IMG/VR virus record: IMGVR_UViG_3300032116_000125
Location: 10,257 to 74,256 of that record
Strand: one strand, 5' to 3'
Length of the DNA stretch: 64,000 nucleotides
From: a virus
Shown: one piece after another, positions 9,821-19,372 of the stretch
Layout of the letters: each line of letters opens with the position of its first letter
How positions within the stretch are numbered: position 1 is the first letter of the stretch
Notes under the pieces: model-generated
Seen by the model: only the letters and a program-made list of their open reading frames with translations
What the model was told of the DNA's origin: nothing
Databases searched by the model: none
Translations under genes and position numbers: made by a program

Positions 9821-11353
9821 ATGCCTTACACTCGTCCCGGAGTCTACGTTACTGAGTCTCCTCTTAAGAGCACCGTCCGTCGTAGCGCTGGTACTTCTAC
9901 CGCCGCGTTTGTCGGTAAGTTGTCCCGTGGTTCCATGAACCCTACTTTGATTGATTCGTGGTCTGGTTTTACCTCTAAGTACGGTGAACTCTCGCAGACC
10001 AACGATGTGGCCTACGCCGTGTACCAGTTCTTCGCAAACGGTGGGCGTAATTGCTACGTTTCCCGCGTTGCGTATGCAAATGCCGCCGCCGCAACCGCTG
10101 GATCGGTTATGTACTTTACGCCCAGCACGGGTAGCGCCTCGGCTCGCCTGTTTGGGGCTACGGCCATTGACCCGGGTGTGTTTGGTAACCGTCTGGGCAT
10201 CGTGAACAGTGCTGGTGTTGTCAGCGCAACGTCCTCGGTGTTGCCGACCTTCAACCTGTCTGTCCGAGTTGACGGAGTTGAGGTGGAGTTCTGGACTGAG
10301 TTGAGCCCGGACCCCGATAACAACCGCTATGCGCCGACGATTGTCAACACCTACTCCGCCTATGTCAACCTGAATAACTTTGCCTCTGTCAATGCCCATG
10401 CTCAGTTTGTGTACTCAAACACGGGAGCCAGTGTCTCTCTTGCTGGGGGTAGCGATGGAACTGCCGCCGTCTCGGCGCCTGCTGATTGGGATGCCCCGTT
10501 CCAGACTGCGTTCACGAAGTTGCTGGATGTCCCGGAGCCGTTGCTCATCAATGCTGTCGGTCAGTCCCGCACTGAGATTGTGCATGGAGCCCTTCAGTTG
10601 GCGGCTGACCGTGGGGATTCGTTTGTGATCATTGACCCTTCGCCGTCGCCCACGACCGCTGGTGGTGTCACGACAGTGACTAACGCCTACACCACCAACA
10701 CCAATTACGGTGCGGTGTACTACCCGATGCTGAAGATGACGGACCCGGCTAAGACGGGTATTGGCGCGATTCGCAATACCTACCCCGGGGGCGCTGTCGC
10801 AGGACTGTACGCCCGCATGGAGTACGAGCGCACTGTCGCAAAGGCCCCGGCTGGCTATGGTTTTGAAATCCGTAACGCCCTTGGGTTGGTCAATACCTTT
10901 ACCGAGACCGAGGTAGGTACCCTGTACACCGCGGGTGTGAACACTTTTAAGGCAGTTCCCGGAGCAGGAGTTATTGTTCAGGGTGCCCGCACCCTGAAAC
11001 TGGACCGCCCTGACAAGTACGTTACTGTGCGCCGTTCCTTGAACTACGTCAAGTTTGGTGTCTCGGAAATCGCCAAGACGGCACTGTTTGAGCCCAATGA
11101 CAATCGTCTGTGGAACTCTCTTACGATGCGTATCAACAAGTACTTGTCTGACTTTTGGGGAGCGGGTGGTCTCAAGGGCCGTACCCCGGACGAGGCGTTT
11201 TTCGTGGTTTGTGACAGCACCAATAACACGAACACCACGATTGACGATGGGGTCGTCAACATCAGCGTTGGTGTCTCCTTGCTGTACCCCGCAGAGTTCA
11301 TCGTTATCAATATCAGCCAGTGGCTCGGCGGGGACGCCGCCAATAGCATCTAA
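9821..11353 (+). CDS. Contractile tail sheath protein
   Basis: Motifs RPGVYVTE, FFANGG, YYP, KAPAG, GARTL, YVTVRR, FEPND and PAEFI. Confidence 0.95.
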   Translation: MPYTRPGVYVTESPLKSTVRRSAGTSTAAFVGKLSRGSMNPTLIDSWSGFTSKYGELSQTNDVAYAVYQFFANGGRNCYVSRVAYANAAAATAGSVMYFTPSTGSASARLFGATAIDPGVFGNRLGIVNSAGVVSATSSVLPTFNLSVRVDGVEVEFWTELSPDPDNNRYAPTIVNTYSAYVNLNNFASVNAHAQFVYSNTGASVSLAGGSDGTAAVSAPADWDAPFQTAFTKLLDVPEPLLINAVGQSRTEIVHGALQLAADRGDSFVIIDPSPSPTTAGGVTTVTNAYTTNTNYGAVYYPMLKMTDPAKTGIGAIRNTYPGGAVAGLYARMEYERTVAKAPAGYGFEIRNALGLVNTFTETEVGTLYTAGVNTFKAVPGAGVIVQGARTLKLDRPDKYVTVRRSLNYVKFGVSEIAKTALFEPNDNRLWNSLTMRINKYLSDFWGAGGLKGRTPDEAFFVVCDSTNNTNTTIDDGVVNISVGVSLLYPAEFIVINISQWLGGDAANSI

Positions 11354-11361
11354 GGAGAAAT

Positions 11362-11961
11362 ATGGCTCAGTTAATCCGTACCGACCCTCTGCGTGACTTT
11401 AAGTTCACAGTGGAGATTGCACCCTTTTCTACCAAGTTGGGGGCTATTACAAGGGACATCGGAAAACTTGGTTTTGCCGTTGTCTCCGGCCTCAGCGTGA
11501 GTAATGAGATGATCCCGTACCGTGAGGGCGGGATGAATACCCACCCGCATAAGATGGTCGGCCAGTCTGACTTTGGTCCGATCACCTTTAGCCGTGGTGT
11601 GTTTGAGAAGCAAGACCAGTTGTGGCGGTGGCAACAGTTCCTGCATTCGTGGACGCAGGCTACCCCGAACGATAACGGTAGTACCGGCGTGGACGATTAC
11701 CGCTGTGACATTACTGTTAGCGTTTATGACCACCCGCACTCTGCCGCTGTGGCAACTGAGACCAACGCTGGGTATTCCACTGACCCCGGCACGTTGAACC
11801 GTAATGTTGTCCCCGGCAACAAGAAGTTGTCTTTTACCATTTACAACGCTTGGCCTGCGGGCTATGCTTTGGGTGACCTCAACGCTGGTAATAGTTCTAT
11901 TATGATTCAGCAGATGACTGTCAACCACGAAGGATTCACCATTAACTGGAATCCGACCTGA
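11362..11961 (+). CDS. Tail tube protein (T4 gp19-like)
   Basis: Motifs DPLRDFKFTVEI, GF..VSGL, YREGG, ITFSRG and NAWP. Confidence 0.93.
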   Translation: MAQLIRTDPLRDFKFTVEIAPFSTKLGAITRDIGKLGFAVVSGLSVSNEMIPYREGGMNTHPHKMVGQSDFGPITFSRGVFEKQDQLWRWQQFLHSWTQATPNDNGSTGVDDYRCDITVSVYDHPHSAAVATETNAGYSTDPGTLNRNVVPGNKKLSFTIYNAWPAGYALGDLNAGNSSIMIQQMTVNHEGFTINWNPT

Positions 11962-11985
11962 TCCGTACCCCATAAGGAGCATTAA

Positions 11986-12756
11986 ATGTCAGAAGTTAAG
12001 AGTCTTGAGTCGTTGGCCGCAACACCTGCGCCAACGATGCCACAACCCCCGGACACCGTGGTAACACTTATCCGAGGTATCAGCCTCGGTGATACGTGGT
12101 TGGACACGGCTGTAGTTCGTGAAATGACTGGCGCAGATGAAGAGTTTCTCGCCAACATGGAAACTAAAACGAACGCCAATTATGCCGATTACGTGCTGGC
12201 ACTACTGAAGCGCACTACGGTGTCTATTGGGAGCCTCAACATCAAGGAAAACCCAGACATCCTTAACGAGTTGATTATTGGTGACCGTGACCTTCTGTTC
12301 TTGAACGTCATCAAAGCAACGTACGGTAATGACCGCGAGTTCAAGGTGATTTGCCCTCATTGTCAAAAGTCAAACGACCTGCTGGTTGACTTGAGTGCTG
12401 ACTTCCCGATTGAGGGTGACACCGAGTCGGCCCGTAAGCCCCTCTCGGTTACTCTCCGTAATGGGGTAGAACTGCTGATTAACCACCCCACCGCTATTGA
12501 CAGCGCCCATATCGGAAAGTCAAACAAGAATACCGCGCAACAAAACACGATGATGATCGCCAAGTGCGCGGTCATTAATGTCCCCAACAAGGAGGAGTGG
12601 GCGCGTACCCTGAACGTCGCAGACCGCTCAACCATCATTAACACCATTTTTGATGCCAAGATTGGCCCGTCCCCTCGGGAGGTGAATGCCCCGTGCGGCC
12701 ATTGCGGTGAAACCATCACCCTAATGTTTGACTGGGTCTCACTTCTATTCGGTTAA
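11986..12756 (+). CDS. Tail assembly chaperone / T4 gp26-like baseplate hub assembly protein
   Basis: VREMTGADEE and GDRDLL motifs; two CxxC (CPHC, CGHC); lies between tube and tape measure genes. Confidence 0.75.
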   Translation: MSEVKSLESLAATPAPTMPQPPDTVVTLIRGISLGDTWLDTAVVREMTGADEEFLANMETKTNANYADYVLALLKRTTVSIGSLNIKENPDILNELIIGDRDLLFLNVIKATYGNDREFKVICPHCQKSNDLLVDLSADFPIEGDTESARKPLSVTLRNGVELLINHPTAIDSAHIGKSNKNTAQQNTMMIAKCAVINVPNKEEWARTLNVADRSTIINTIFDAKIGPSPREVNAPCGHCGETITLMFDWVSLLFG

Positions 12757-12886
12757 TCTGGATAGTATATACTGGGAATACAACACGATAGCCACTGCTT
12801 ACAAAGGGTTTTCCTTAACTGAAATGAAGAACATGCCCGTCAGGGAAAGGGAGTTCTGGGGCAAACTTGCCCAATGGCAATCTTAA
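12728..12886 (+). CDS. Short chaperone-extension ORF (..NLDSIYWEYNTIATAYKGFSLTEMKNMPVREREFWGKLAQWQS), gp51/GpE'-like; not in ORF track
   Basis: +1 frame overlapping the chaperone stop; fills the gap to the tape measure gene. Confidence 0.65.
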   Translation: MTGSHFYSVNLDSIYWEYNTIATAYKGFSLTEMKNMPVREREFWGKLAQWQS

Positions 12887-12901
12887 TAAACGGAGGAAAC
12901 A

Positions 12902-15742
12902 GTGGCTGAACCGAACATCACAGGATCGGGTAACGATCCGTTTTCCGACCCGTTTGCTGATCCGTTTGGTCCCGGAGCAACCGCCCCCGTTCAGCGCCCC
13001 CGTACCTTCCGTGACCGCGCCCGTGGTGGTATGGAGGGATTTGCTACATTTGCAAAGGGCGCTGGCGAGTTTGCACGAGCCGCTAGAGAGATACGCCGTG
13101 AGGCTAAGGCCGCGGCACGAGACCTTGACGCACTGGACAAGGCCGCTGGTCGGGCCGGTAGGGGTCTTGGGCGACGCAGAGGAGGGGGAGGGGCTAAGAG
13201 CCCAGTTTCCGCTGGTAGCCACGGTCATCCCACTTTAAATAACAGTTCCCCCGATGACGATACATCAAGCCGTACAAATTATAGTATGGACCCTTCACGG
13301 AGTGGTGGGGGCTTCGGTGGCGGTGGGATTGGTATGTACGGGGGACAAGCAATCCCCGGCAGAGGCCAGCCCGGTAGTGGGTTTGCTATGGGGGCGATGG
13401 CAGTTGGTCAATTCCTTGGGGGACTGACTGGCTCAATGGACGCACGCATTGAGCGTGGCTATGTCTATTCATCTTCAGCCGACAAGATGAGTGTCCTGTA
13501 CCAGCAGATTACTGGAATGAGTAATGCTCAAGTTCGTAATACCTACCGTCAACCATTGACTAACTATCGTTTGGGTGAGACTGGTATAAACACGTTGCTC
13601 GGTCTTCAAGCATCCACGGGTATTTTGGCTCGCAATCAAGCGTCGTTTGCCGAGGGTATGCGAACTCTGTCCGGATACAGCCTCAGTACCGAAGACGTTG
13701 CAAGCATGCTGGGCAACTTGGGTAGCGCCCAAGTAGCCAACCGCATGTTTATGACAACCGGAATGAGTTTGTACAAGCCGGGTGGTGGTCAGCGCTCCGG
13801 TACAGAACTCCTACAGCACCTCGCTCGCGCCTCCGGACTTACTGGGCTTCGTAACCCTGAGTCAGCGCTCCAGCAGGGTAGTAACACCCGAATGCGGCTA
13901 GCCGATATGGGTATTGACCAAAAGACACAAGACTTGGTTATTCAGTACGCCATGGCAAACAAGCAATACCAAGCCAAGCAACCGGGTGCTGGTATGTATG
14001 ACCCGTCCAACCAGCGCCAGCGTGAACTCATGGGTATTGAGCAGAACTTCGCTACGCAGATGGAAGAGACCACCCGCGTTAAAGTGAACCGCGAAGAAGA
14101 CTTTTATGGAAGACAGCAAGACAACTTTGCCAAACTAGAGCAAAGAACCCAAAGCCTTGAGAAGATGTTTGGTCGTCTAGAAGACCGCTTGTCAGGCATA
14201 GTCGGTAAGGGTATTGAAACAAAAAGTGCACGAAATGTACTCGGAAGCGTCCTTAAGGGTGTTGGCCCTCTAATGTCAATGGCGGGAGCGGCCCTGAGCC
14301 TCACTGGCGCCGGGGCGGCTTTTGGAGCACCCCTAATGGTTGCTGGAGCGGTCGCTACTGCCGCTGGAACTGCCATGGGTCCCGCAGGTGACGGAGCGGC
14401 AGGCAGTGGGTCACGGACAGGCACCCCGTCAACTAACGCTACGGGTACCACAACACTTCAAAAAGTTACTTCACAACAGTCGTTCTCCAGACTTCACCCA
14501 ACAATGAAAGAGCGGGTTCTTAAACTCATACAGGCATCTGGTGGTCGGGTTGGGTTTGACAACGGATACCGAGATTCCGCACAACAAGAGTCCATGTTCC
14601 GGTCACGGTACGCAGAAAGCGCTGAACCTACTGACATTTTCTGGGACGGTAAGTACTGGAAGAAAGTGCGTGGGGCAGACGCCGCCCCTCCGGGACGCTC
14701 AATGCATGAAATTGGGTTGGCCGCTGACCTCACTGGTGACATGGAGTGGATTAAGGCTAACGCTGAGCGGTTTGGTCTTAAGCATTTCGCCAACGTAAAC
14801 GACGAGCCTTGGCACGTTCAACCGTCTGAATTGCCGAATTCTCGCAGGCAGTACGAAGCCGCTGGAGCGCCGTGGGGTATCCCTGTGGGGGCACGCGCTT
14901 TTACCCCCGGTGGTAGCGGTAAAAACGCTGAGCACTCCAGTAGCGGTGGTTCCGGAACAGACGCTTCCCTGTTTGCGCTTAAGGGCATGACTATGTCCGA
15001 AGCAATACGTTCATTCCGCATGATGGGCGCATCAGGCATGTCCAGTTCCTCTGGCGGAGGTAGGGTTGTTGCTAAACGACGGAACATCACTCAATCTCGG
15101 TTTGACGTACCCGCTGATTTCCGCAATGGCGGTATGGCGAAGAGCAATGTGGATATTGCTCAATGGTCAGCAGACTTTTTGCGCCGAGTGGGAGCCCCCG
15201 TAACAACAGCCAACCTTGAATTGATGTCTGCGTGGATCAAGGCTGAGGGGACTCGTGCATCCTTTAACCCCCTTGCCGTGGTGTCCAAACCACGCGACGG
15301 GGCGGAGTCCCTAGGCCAGTGGAGTGACTTCAACAGTACTGGGGTCAAGAACTTCGCAAACTATGAGCAAGGTATGCGGATGAACGTGTACCACATGCAG
15401 AACCACGCCAAGGGCGTGCTTAATGCACTCAGAGGGGGCAAAAACCCGTACCAAGTGGCTGAGGCCATAGAAAGAATGTACGCAAATTGGGGAGGGACAA
15501 CCGCCACTCGGTCGGTGCTCAAGTCCCGAGGAATCAGCGAGACAGGCGACGGTATGGCACCGTCAGCGCCCAGCATGGGCACCAGTACTACATCTTTCAC
15601 GGGCGGTACGACATTTAATATTTCTCCTGTAATCAATCTTATGGGTAGCGGCAACACTCAAGTTGACGCACAGATTATTGCTAGAGAAGTAACCCGCATT
15701 ATTGAAAATGAAATGCGGTTGCGAGAGTTGAGGAGCGCATAA
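12902..15742 (+). CDS. Tape measure protein with M15 (VanY-like) peptidase and C-terminal lysozyme-like domains
   Basis: 946 aa. M15 motifs GYR..AQQ, APPGRSMHEIGLAADL and EPWH; later AEG..A.FNPL..GVKNF. Confidence 0.85.
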   Translation: MAEPNITGSGNDPFSDPFADPFGPGATAPVQRPRTFRDRARGGMEGFATFAKGAGEFARAAREIRREAKAAARDLDALDKAAGRAGRGLGRRRGGGGAKSPVSAGSHGHPTLNNSSPDDDTSSRTNYSMDPSRSGGGFGGGGIGMYGGQAIPGRGQPGSGFAMGAMAVGQFLGGLTGSMDARIERGYVYSSSADKMSVLYQQITGMSNAQVRNTYRQPLTNYRLGETGINTLLGLQASTGILARNQASFAEGMRTLSGYSLSTEDVASMLGNLGSAQVANRMFMTTGMSLYKPGGGQRSGTELLQHLARASGLTGLRNPESALQQGSNTRMRLADMGIDQKTQDLVIQYAMANKQYQAKQPGAGMYDPSNQRQRELMGIEQNFATQMEETTRVKVNREEDFYGRQQDNFAKLEQRTQSLEKMFGRLEDRLSGIVGKGIETKSARNVLGSVLKGVGPLMSMAGAALSLTGAGAAFGAPLMVAGAVATAAGTAMGPAGDGAAGSGSRTGTPSTNATGTTTLQKVTSQQSFSRLHPTMKERVLKLIQASGGRVGFDNGYRDSAQQESMFRSRYAESAEPTDIFWDGKYWKKVRGADAAPPGRSMHEIGLAADLTGDMEWIKANAERFGLKHFANVNDEPWHVQPSELPNSRRQYEAAGAPWGIPVGARAFTPGGSGKNAEHSSSGGSGTDASLFALKGMTMSEAIRSFRMMGASGMSSSSGGGRVVAKRRNITQSRFDVPADFRNGGMAKSNVDIAQWSADFLRRVGAPVTTANLELMSAWIKAEGTRASFNPLAVVSKPRDGAESLGQWSDFNSTGVKNFANYEQGMRMNVYHMQNHAKGVLNALRGGKNPYQVAEAIERMYANWGGTTATRSVLKSRGISETGDGMAPSAPSMGTSTTSFTGGTTFNISPVINLMGSGNTQVDAQIIAREVTRIIENEMRLRELRSA

Positions 15743-17457
15743 TGGGTAATTCGTATTCTACAAACCAGTGGTATGGGTTGCCCGGAGGTGTAACCGGTGC
15801 GCCAACGGGTGGTCTAGCCCGGACGAGCGTAGATAATCCTGAATTCTTGTACCCCAAAAAGGTTCGTAAAAACCTTGGGGGTGGGCCCGACAAGGTAATT
15901 CAACGGGGGTTCATTCGGTCGCTGTTGACTGAAGTGCCCGGACTTACTGGTGTTTTACCAAACCGTAGGTTCTTTTTTCAATTTAATCCGGAACGCATCA
16001 TGCGAAGCGTGTCAGTGTCCAGTGGGATGATGATGCCCTTGCTTCAGGACGCACAGCAGTTTTCTGTAGCCACGCCGGGAAACTCAACATTTTCATTTGA
16101 TATTTTCTTAAATCGTGAGGCGGAAGTAAACCAAAACACAACAGTGTCATCACCTGCTAACGCAGAAAATGTATCACTTGATTTCATTACATCCAATCCT
16201 CAGCAGTTTGGTGTTTTGTCAGATTTATCGGTTCTTGACACAGTTATCGGTCAAGGTGTATCTCAAGACACCGTGGAAGCGTTGGCTAAAATTCAAGCAA
16301 TTAGTTCCACATGGGAAGCGTCAGACACTACTGGCGGTTCAGTATCTGCGCCTTTAACTGAGGCTGACGCCGCGGAGGCACTAGGTAAAGTTTTTGGTAA
16401 CAGCGCATTTTTAATTAGCACGCCAATACGTATTGTTTTCTCGTCACTATTTATGGTTGATGGTTTTATTACGGGTTCGGCCGTACAGTTTTCAAAGTTC
16501 AGTGAAAACTTAGTTCCAACTATGTGCGCGATTAACTTGACTGTTGAGGCTAAATACATTGGCTTTGCACGACAGCGCACGTATTTAACTGACGCGCTTA
16601 GTAGTATGGTGCCAAACCCCTCTGCTGGTGGTGCGTTACCGCCAACTAGCGTGGTAGGGGACACTGAGGAATATAGATACTTGGTTGATATAGTCAAAAA
16701 GTTACCTCAATATCAAATATCATTACATGGTACTGATGCAGATGATCACAGTAGTCGTTGGGATACATACGATAAAAAGTATGTTGACATAATGCACTAC
16801 AACACTTTTTTATTTCGTTGTGGTTTTGTCGGTGATCCTGAACAAGCACAAATATACAGGGAGTTCAATAACGGTAGATACTCAATATCAATTAGCCATA
16901 AGCCCTACGTCAAAGTTTGGCGTGCGTATGCTAATGAAGCAGAAAAAGCCGCCGCTTTTTCTAGTAACATCACACGTTCGTATCAACCACTTGGTATTTC
17001 AGGTGGAGTGCCCGACGCAAACGGCATTCAAAAAGATGTAAAACTACTGAATGTAGTGGGCGTTAATGCAACTATCACCGACGCGGCGTCGTGGAGGCGA
17101 TTAGCGAGATATGGTGGTGGTGATGATACTCCGGGCCTTAACCCCACAGAAGATAGCGCCTACGACAACGTCAATAACATAGTGTGGGAAAACGCAAAAG
17201 CCAATCGGGAAACAATCGCTGAAAAAGAGGCTGACAATCTGTATTTAAGTCTTCCATCGTACTCATCAATAACAGATGCGGCTAAAAATACTAAACTTTT
17301 TGTTGAGTATGGTCTTTATTTGGAAGTAAAACTGTTCTCATCTAAAACAAGCAGTCGCCCAAGTGTTTTATATATAGAGCAGTCCGGAATAAAAACTGTA
17401 TTTGCTAAAGATAAATCAGGATTTGTATTTAAAATAGACCCGAGTCAGGCGAAATAA
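15742..17457 (+). CDS. Tube-initiator-like baseplate protein with AT-rich variable C-terminal half
   Basis: FQFNPE motif; synteny after the tape measure gene. Confidence 0.6.
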   Translation: MGNSYSTNQWYGLPGGVTGAPTGGLARTSVDNPEFLYPKKVRKNLGGGPDKVIQRGFIRSLLTEVPGLTGVLPNRRFFFQFNPERIMRSVSVSSGMMMPLLQDAQQFSVATPGNSTFSFDIFLNREAEVNQNTTVSSPANAENVSLDFITSNPQQFGVLSDLSVLDTVIGQGVSQDTVEALAKIQAISSTWEASDTTGGSVSAPLTEADAAEALGKVFGNSAFLISTPIRIVFSSLFMVDGFITGSAVQFSKFSENLVPTMCAINLTVEAKYIGFARQRTYLTDALSSMVPNPSAGGALPPTSVVGDTEEYRYLVDIVKKLPQYQISLHGTDADDHSSRWDTYDKKYVDIMHYNTFLFRCGFVGDPEQAQIYREFNNGRYSISISHKPYVKVWRAYANEAEKAAAFSSNITRSYQPLGISGGVPDANGIQKDVKLLNVVGVNATITDAASWRRLARYGGGDDTPGLNPTEDSAYDNVNNIVWENAKANRETIAEKEADNLYLSLPSYSSITDAAKNTKLFVEYGLYLEVKLFSSKTSSRPSVLYIEQSGIKTVFAKDKSGFVFKIDPSQAK

Positions 17458-17711
17458 TGGCTTACGTTCAAACAACATCACGATACATAAAAACAGTCTC
17501 TCAAGACGGTACTTACGAAGCAAGAAGGAAATACTTTAACAATAAAAAATACTATACGTACACAACAAAAGACGGGGACAGTTTTGATTTAATCGCGCAC
17601 CGAGTCTTTCAAGACCCAGAAAGGTTCTGGGAGATCGCTGACCTCAATCCCCATGTGCCATTCCCAGATGAGATTCCTGTTGGAACTACGCTAAGAATCC
17701 CCGCAAAATGA
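17457..17711 (+). CDS. LysM / tail X-like baseplate protein
   Basis: YTTKDGDSFDLIA...WEIADLNP...GTTLRIP. Confidence 0.85.
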   Translation: MAYVQTTSRYIKTVSQDGTYEARRKYFNNKKYYTYTTKDGDSFDLIAHRVFQDPERFWEIADLNPHVPFPDEIPVGTTLRIPAK

Positions 17712-18871
17712 TCTTTAAGTCTTCAAGCCCCATTTCACCCATAACTGACATTGTGGTGCACAACGTCCCTTCACGGAACACATCCATTGTGCAGGTAGAA
17801 CTGGCGCTTGAAGAGAATAGGCATGACATGCTGAAGATAGTCATTGCCGGAGTGCCCCCGAGTGTAATCACTGAATACATTGGTAAACCTGTGTATGGGT
17901 TCCTTGACTTTGGTGTTAACAACCATGAGTTTTGTGGGTACGTCGCCTCAGTAGACCCCGTCTTCCGAAACAAGGATGGCATTGTAAACGGAAGTCTATT
18001 TCAAGAAGTAACCCTTATCTGCATGGGCGCTTCCTATGCTATGCGAGCAAAAAAGAATCGCGTCTGGCAGGGTCAAACTCTTGACCAAATCGTAAGTACT
18101 ATTGCAGACGAGCACCGGGTCAGTTTTTCGTGCGAGCAAGACCCTTTTGTGTACGACCGTATTGTGCAAACTGAGGAGTCGGACTGGCAATTTTTGAATA
18201 AGTTGGCGCAACTGTACGGTATGTCCTTTTCACTGCACGGTACACATCTACATTTTTGGAACCCGATGCGGGCCCTTGGTCGTGGCATCTCGTATCACAA
18301 ACTGCGTAACGTCCGTGGGTTAAACATGGAGACACAAACCACGCCCGCAACAATTTTGTCTTTACACGGTTCCTTTGGCGATACGGTCAACCCCCGAACG
18401 TCCCACACTTTGACGGCGGTGAGTGTAGACAATCAGGGGTTAGTACACTCCGGTCTGCCATTTGACGAGCACACGGGTTTTGGAAAAGAAGTAACACTGG
18501 ACGTAACAGACCAAATCAGCGTGAACGGCACATCGGCTCTAATGATTGACCATACGATTAAAGCCCGTAGCCGTGGTGTCAACACGCTACTTGCTTCTGT
18601 GGAGTTAACTGGTACAGCCGGTGCCCTGCCCGGTGGTGTTGTCTCCGTGTCTGAGTTTGATTCAACATTTGATGGCTTCTGGTACGTTAAGTCGGTAACT
18701 CACACAGTTACTAGGGATGAGTTCTTTACAAAGATGTCTATCGCCAGTAATGACACGAATGAAGAAGAGCCATATATGTCAATTAAATCGCAAATACCAG
18801 TTATTCCGCGACCAGCGTTTCTTAACGGCTCTTGGTGTTCTACAACTCAACTTAAGGACATTTATGTATAA
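17708..18871 (+). CDS. Baseplate hub (GpD / late control D-like)
   Basis: Motifs QTEESDWQFLNKLA and FDGFWYVKSVTH. Confidence 0.85.
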   Translation: MIFKSSSPISPITDIVVHNVPSRNTSIVQVELALEENRHDMLKIVIAGVPPSVITEYIGKPVYGFLDFGVNNHEFCGYVASVDPVFRNKDGIVNGSLFQEVTLICMGASYAMRAKKNRVWQGQTLDQIVSTIADEHRVSFSCEQDPFVYDRIVQTEESDWQFLNKLAQLYGMSFSLHGTHLHFWNPMRALGRGISYHKLRNVRGLNMETQTTPATILSLHGSFGDTVNPRTSHTLTAVSVDNQGLVHSGLPFDEHTGFGKEVTLDVTDQISVNGTSALMIDHTIKARSRGVNTLLASVELTGTAGALPGGVVSVSEFDSTFDGFWYVKSVTHTVTRDEFFTKMSIASNDTNEEEPYMSIKSQIPVIPRPAFLNGSWCSTTQLKDIYV

Positions 18872-18974
18872 AAAAGTTATTAAAATTACTTTAATAGCAT
18901 TTGTTTTGTTGTCTTCATTCTTTTCGTTTAGCATGTATCAAACATACAGAGAAATAGATAAGGATGAGTTATGA
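18864..18974 (+). CDS. 36-aa AT-rich single-pass membrane protein
   Basis: AAGGA RBS; MYKKVIKITLIAFVLLSSFFSFSMYQ; overlaps both neighbours. Confidence 0.5.
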   Translation: MYKKVIKITLIAFVLLSSFFSFSMYQTYREIDKDEL

Positions 18975-19372
18975 GATCAATCTATTTGCCATTTCAATTT
19001 AATAATGGAAAAGTTGCAACTACTTCTGATTTTGATGAAATTATTAAACAAAAAATCATTGATGTGCTTGCGGTAACCAAAACTGAGCGGCCAATGCGCC
19101 CTCGGTACGGTCTTGGTACTTATACCTTTTTGTATGAGCCTGTTGACCCCCTGATCTGGGAGGACTTTAAACAAGACGCCCTAGTAGAACTCCGTGAGGC
19201 CGTGTCGGGTGTACGTATTAACGACATCGTGATTGCCGAGGGGGATGGGTCTCGTGGAGAAGAAGAGGGCTCCACGATTTACGTAACTGTTTATTATTCT
19301 ATAAATCCGTCGCAGAAATCCAGTGTTACACTTACTGTTAGCGACATTTTGAACGAGGAAACCTATGGCTAA
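18971..19372 (+). CDS. Baseplate wedge gp25/GpW-like
   Basis: IKQKIIDVL...ERPMRPRYG motif. Confidence 0.9.
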   Translation: MRSIYLPFQFNNGKVATTSDFDEIIKQKIIDVLAVTKTERPMRPRYGLGTYTFLYEPVDPLIWEDFKQDALVELREAVSGVRINDIVIAEGDGSRGEEEGSTIYVTVYYSINPSQKSSVTLTVSDILNEETYG

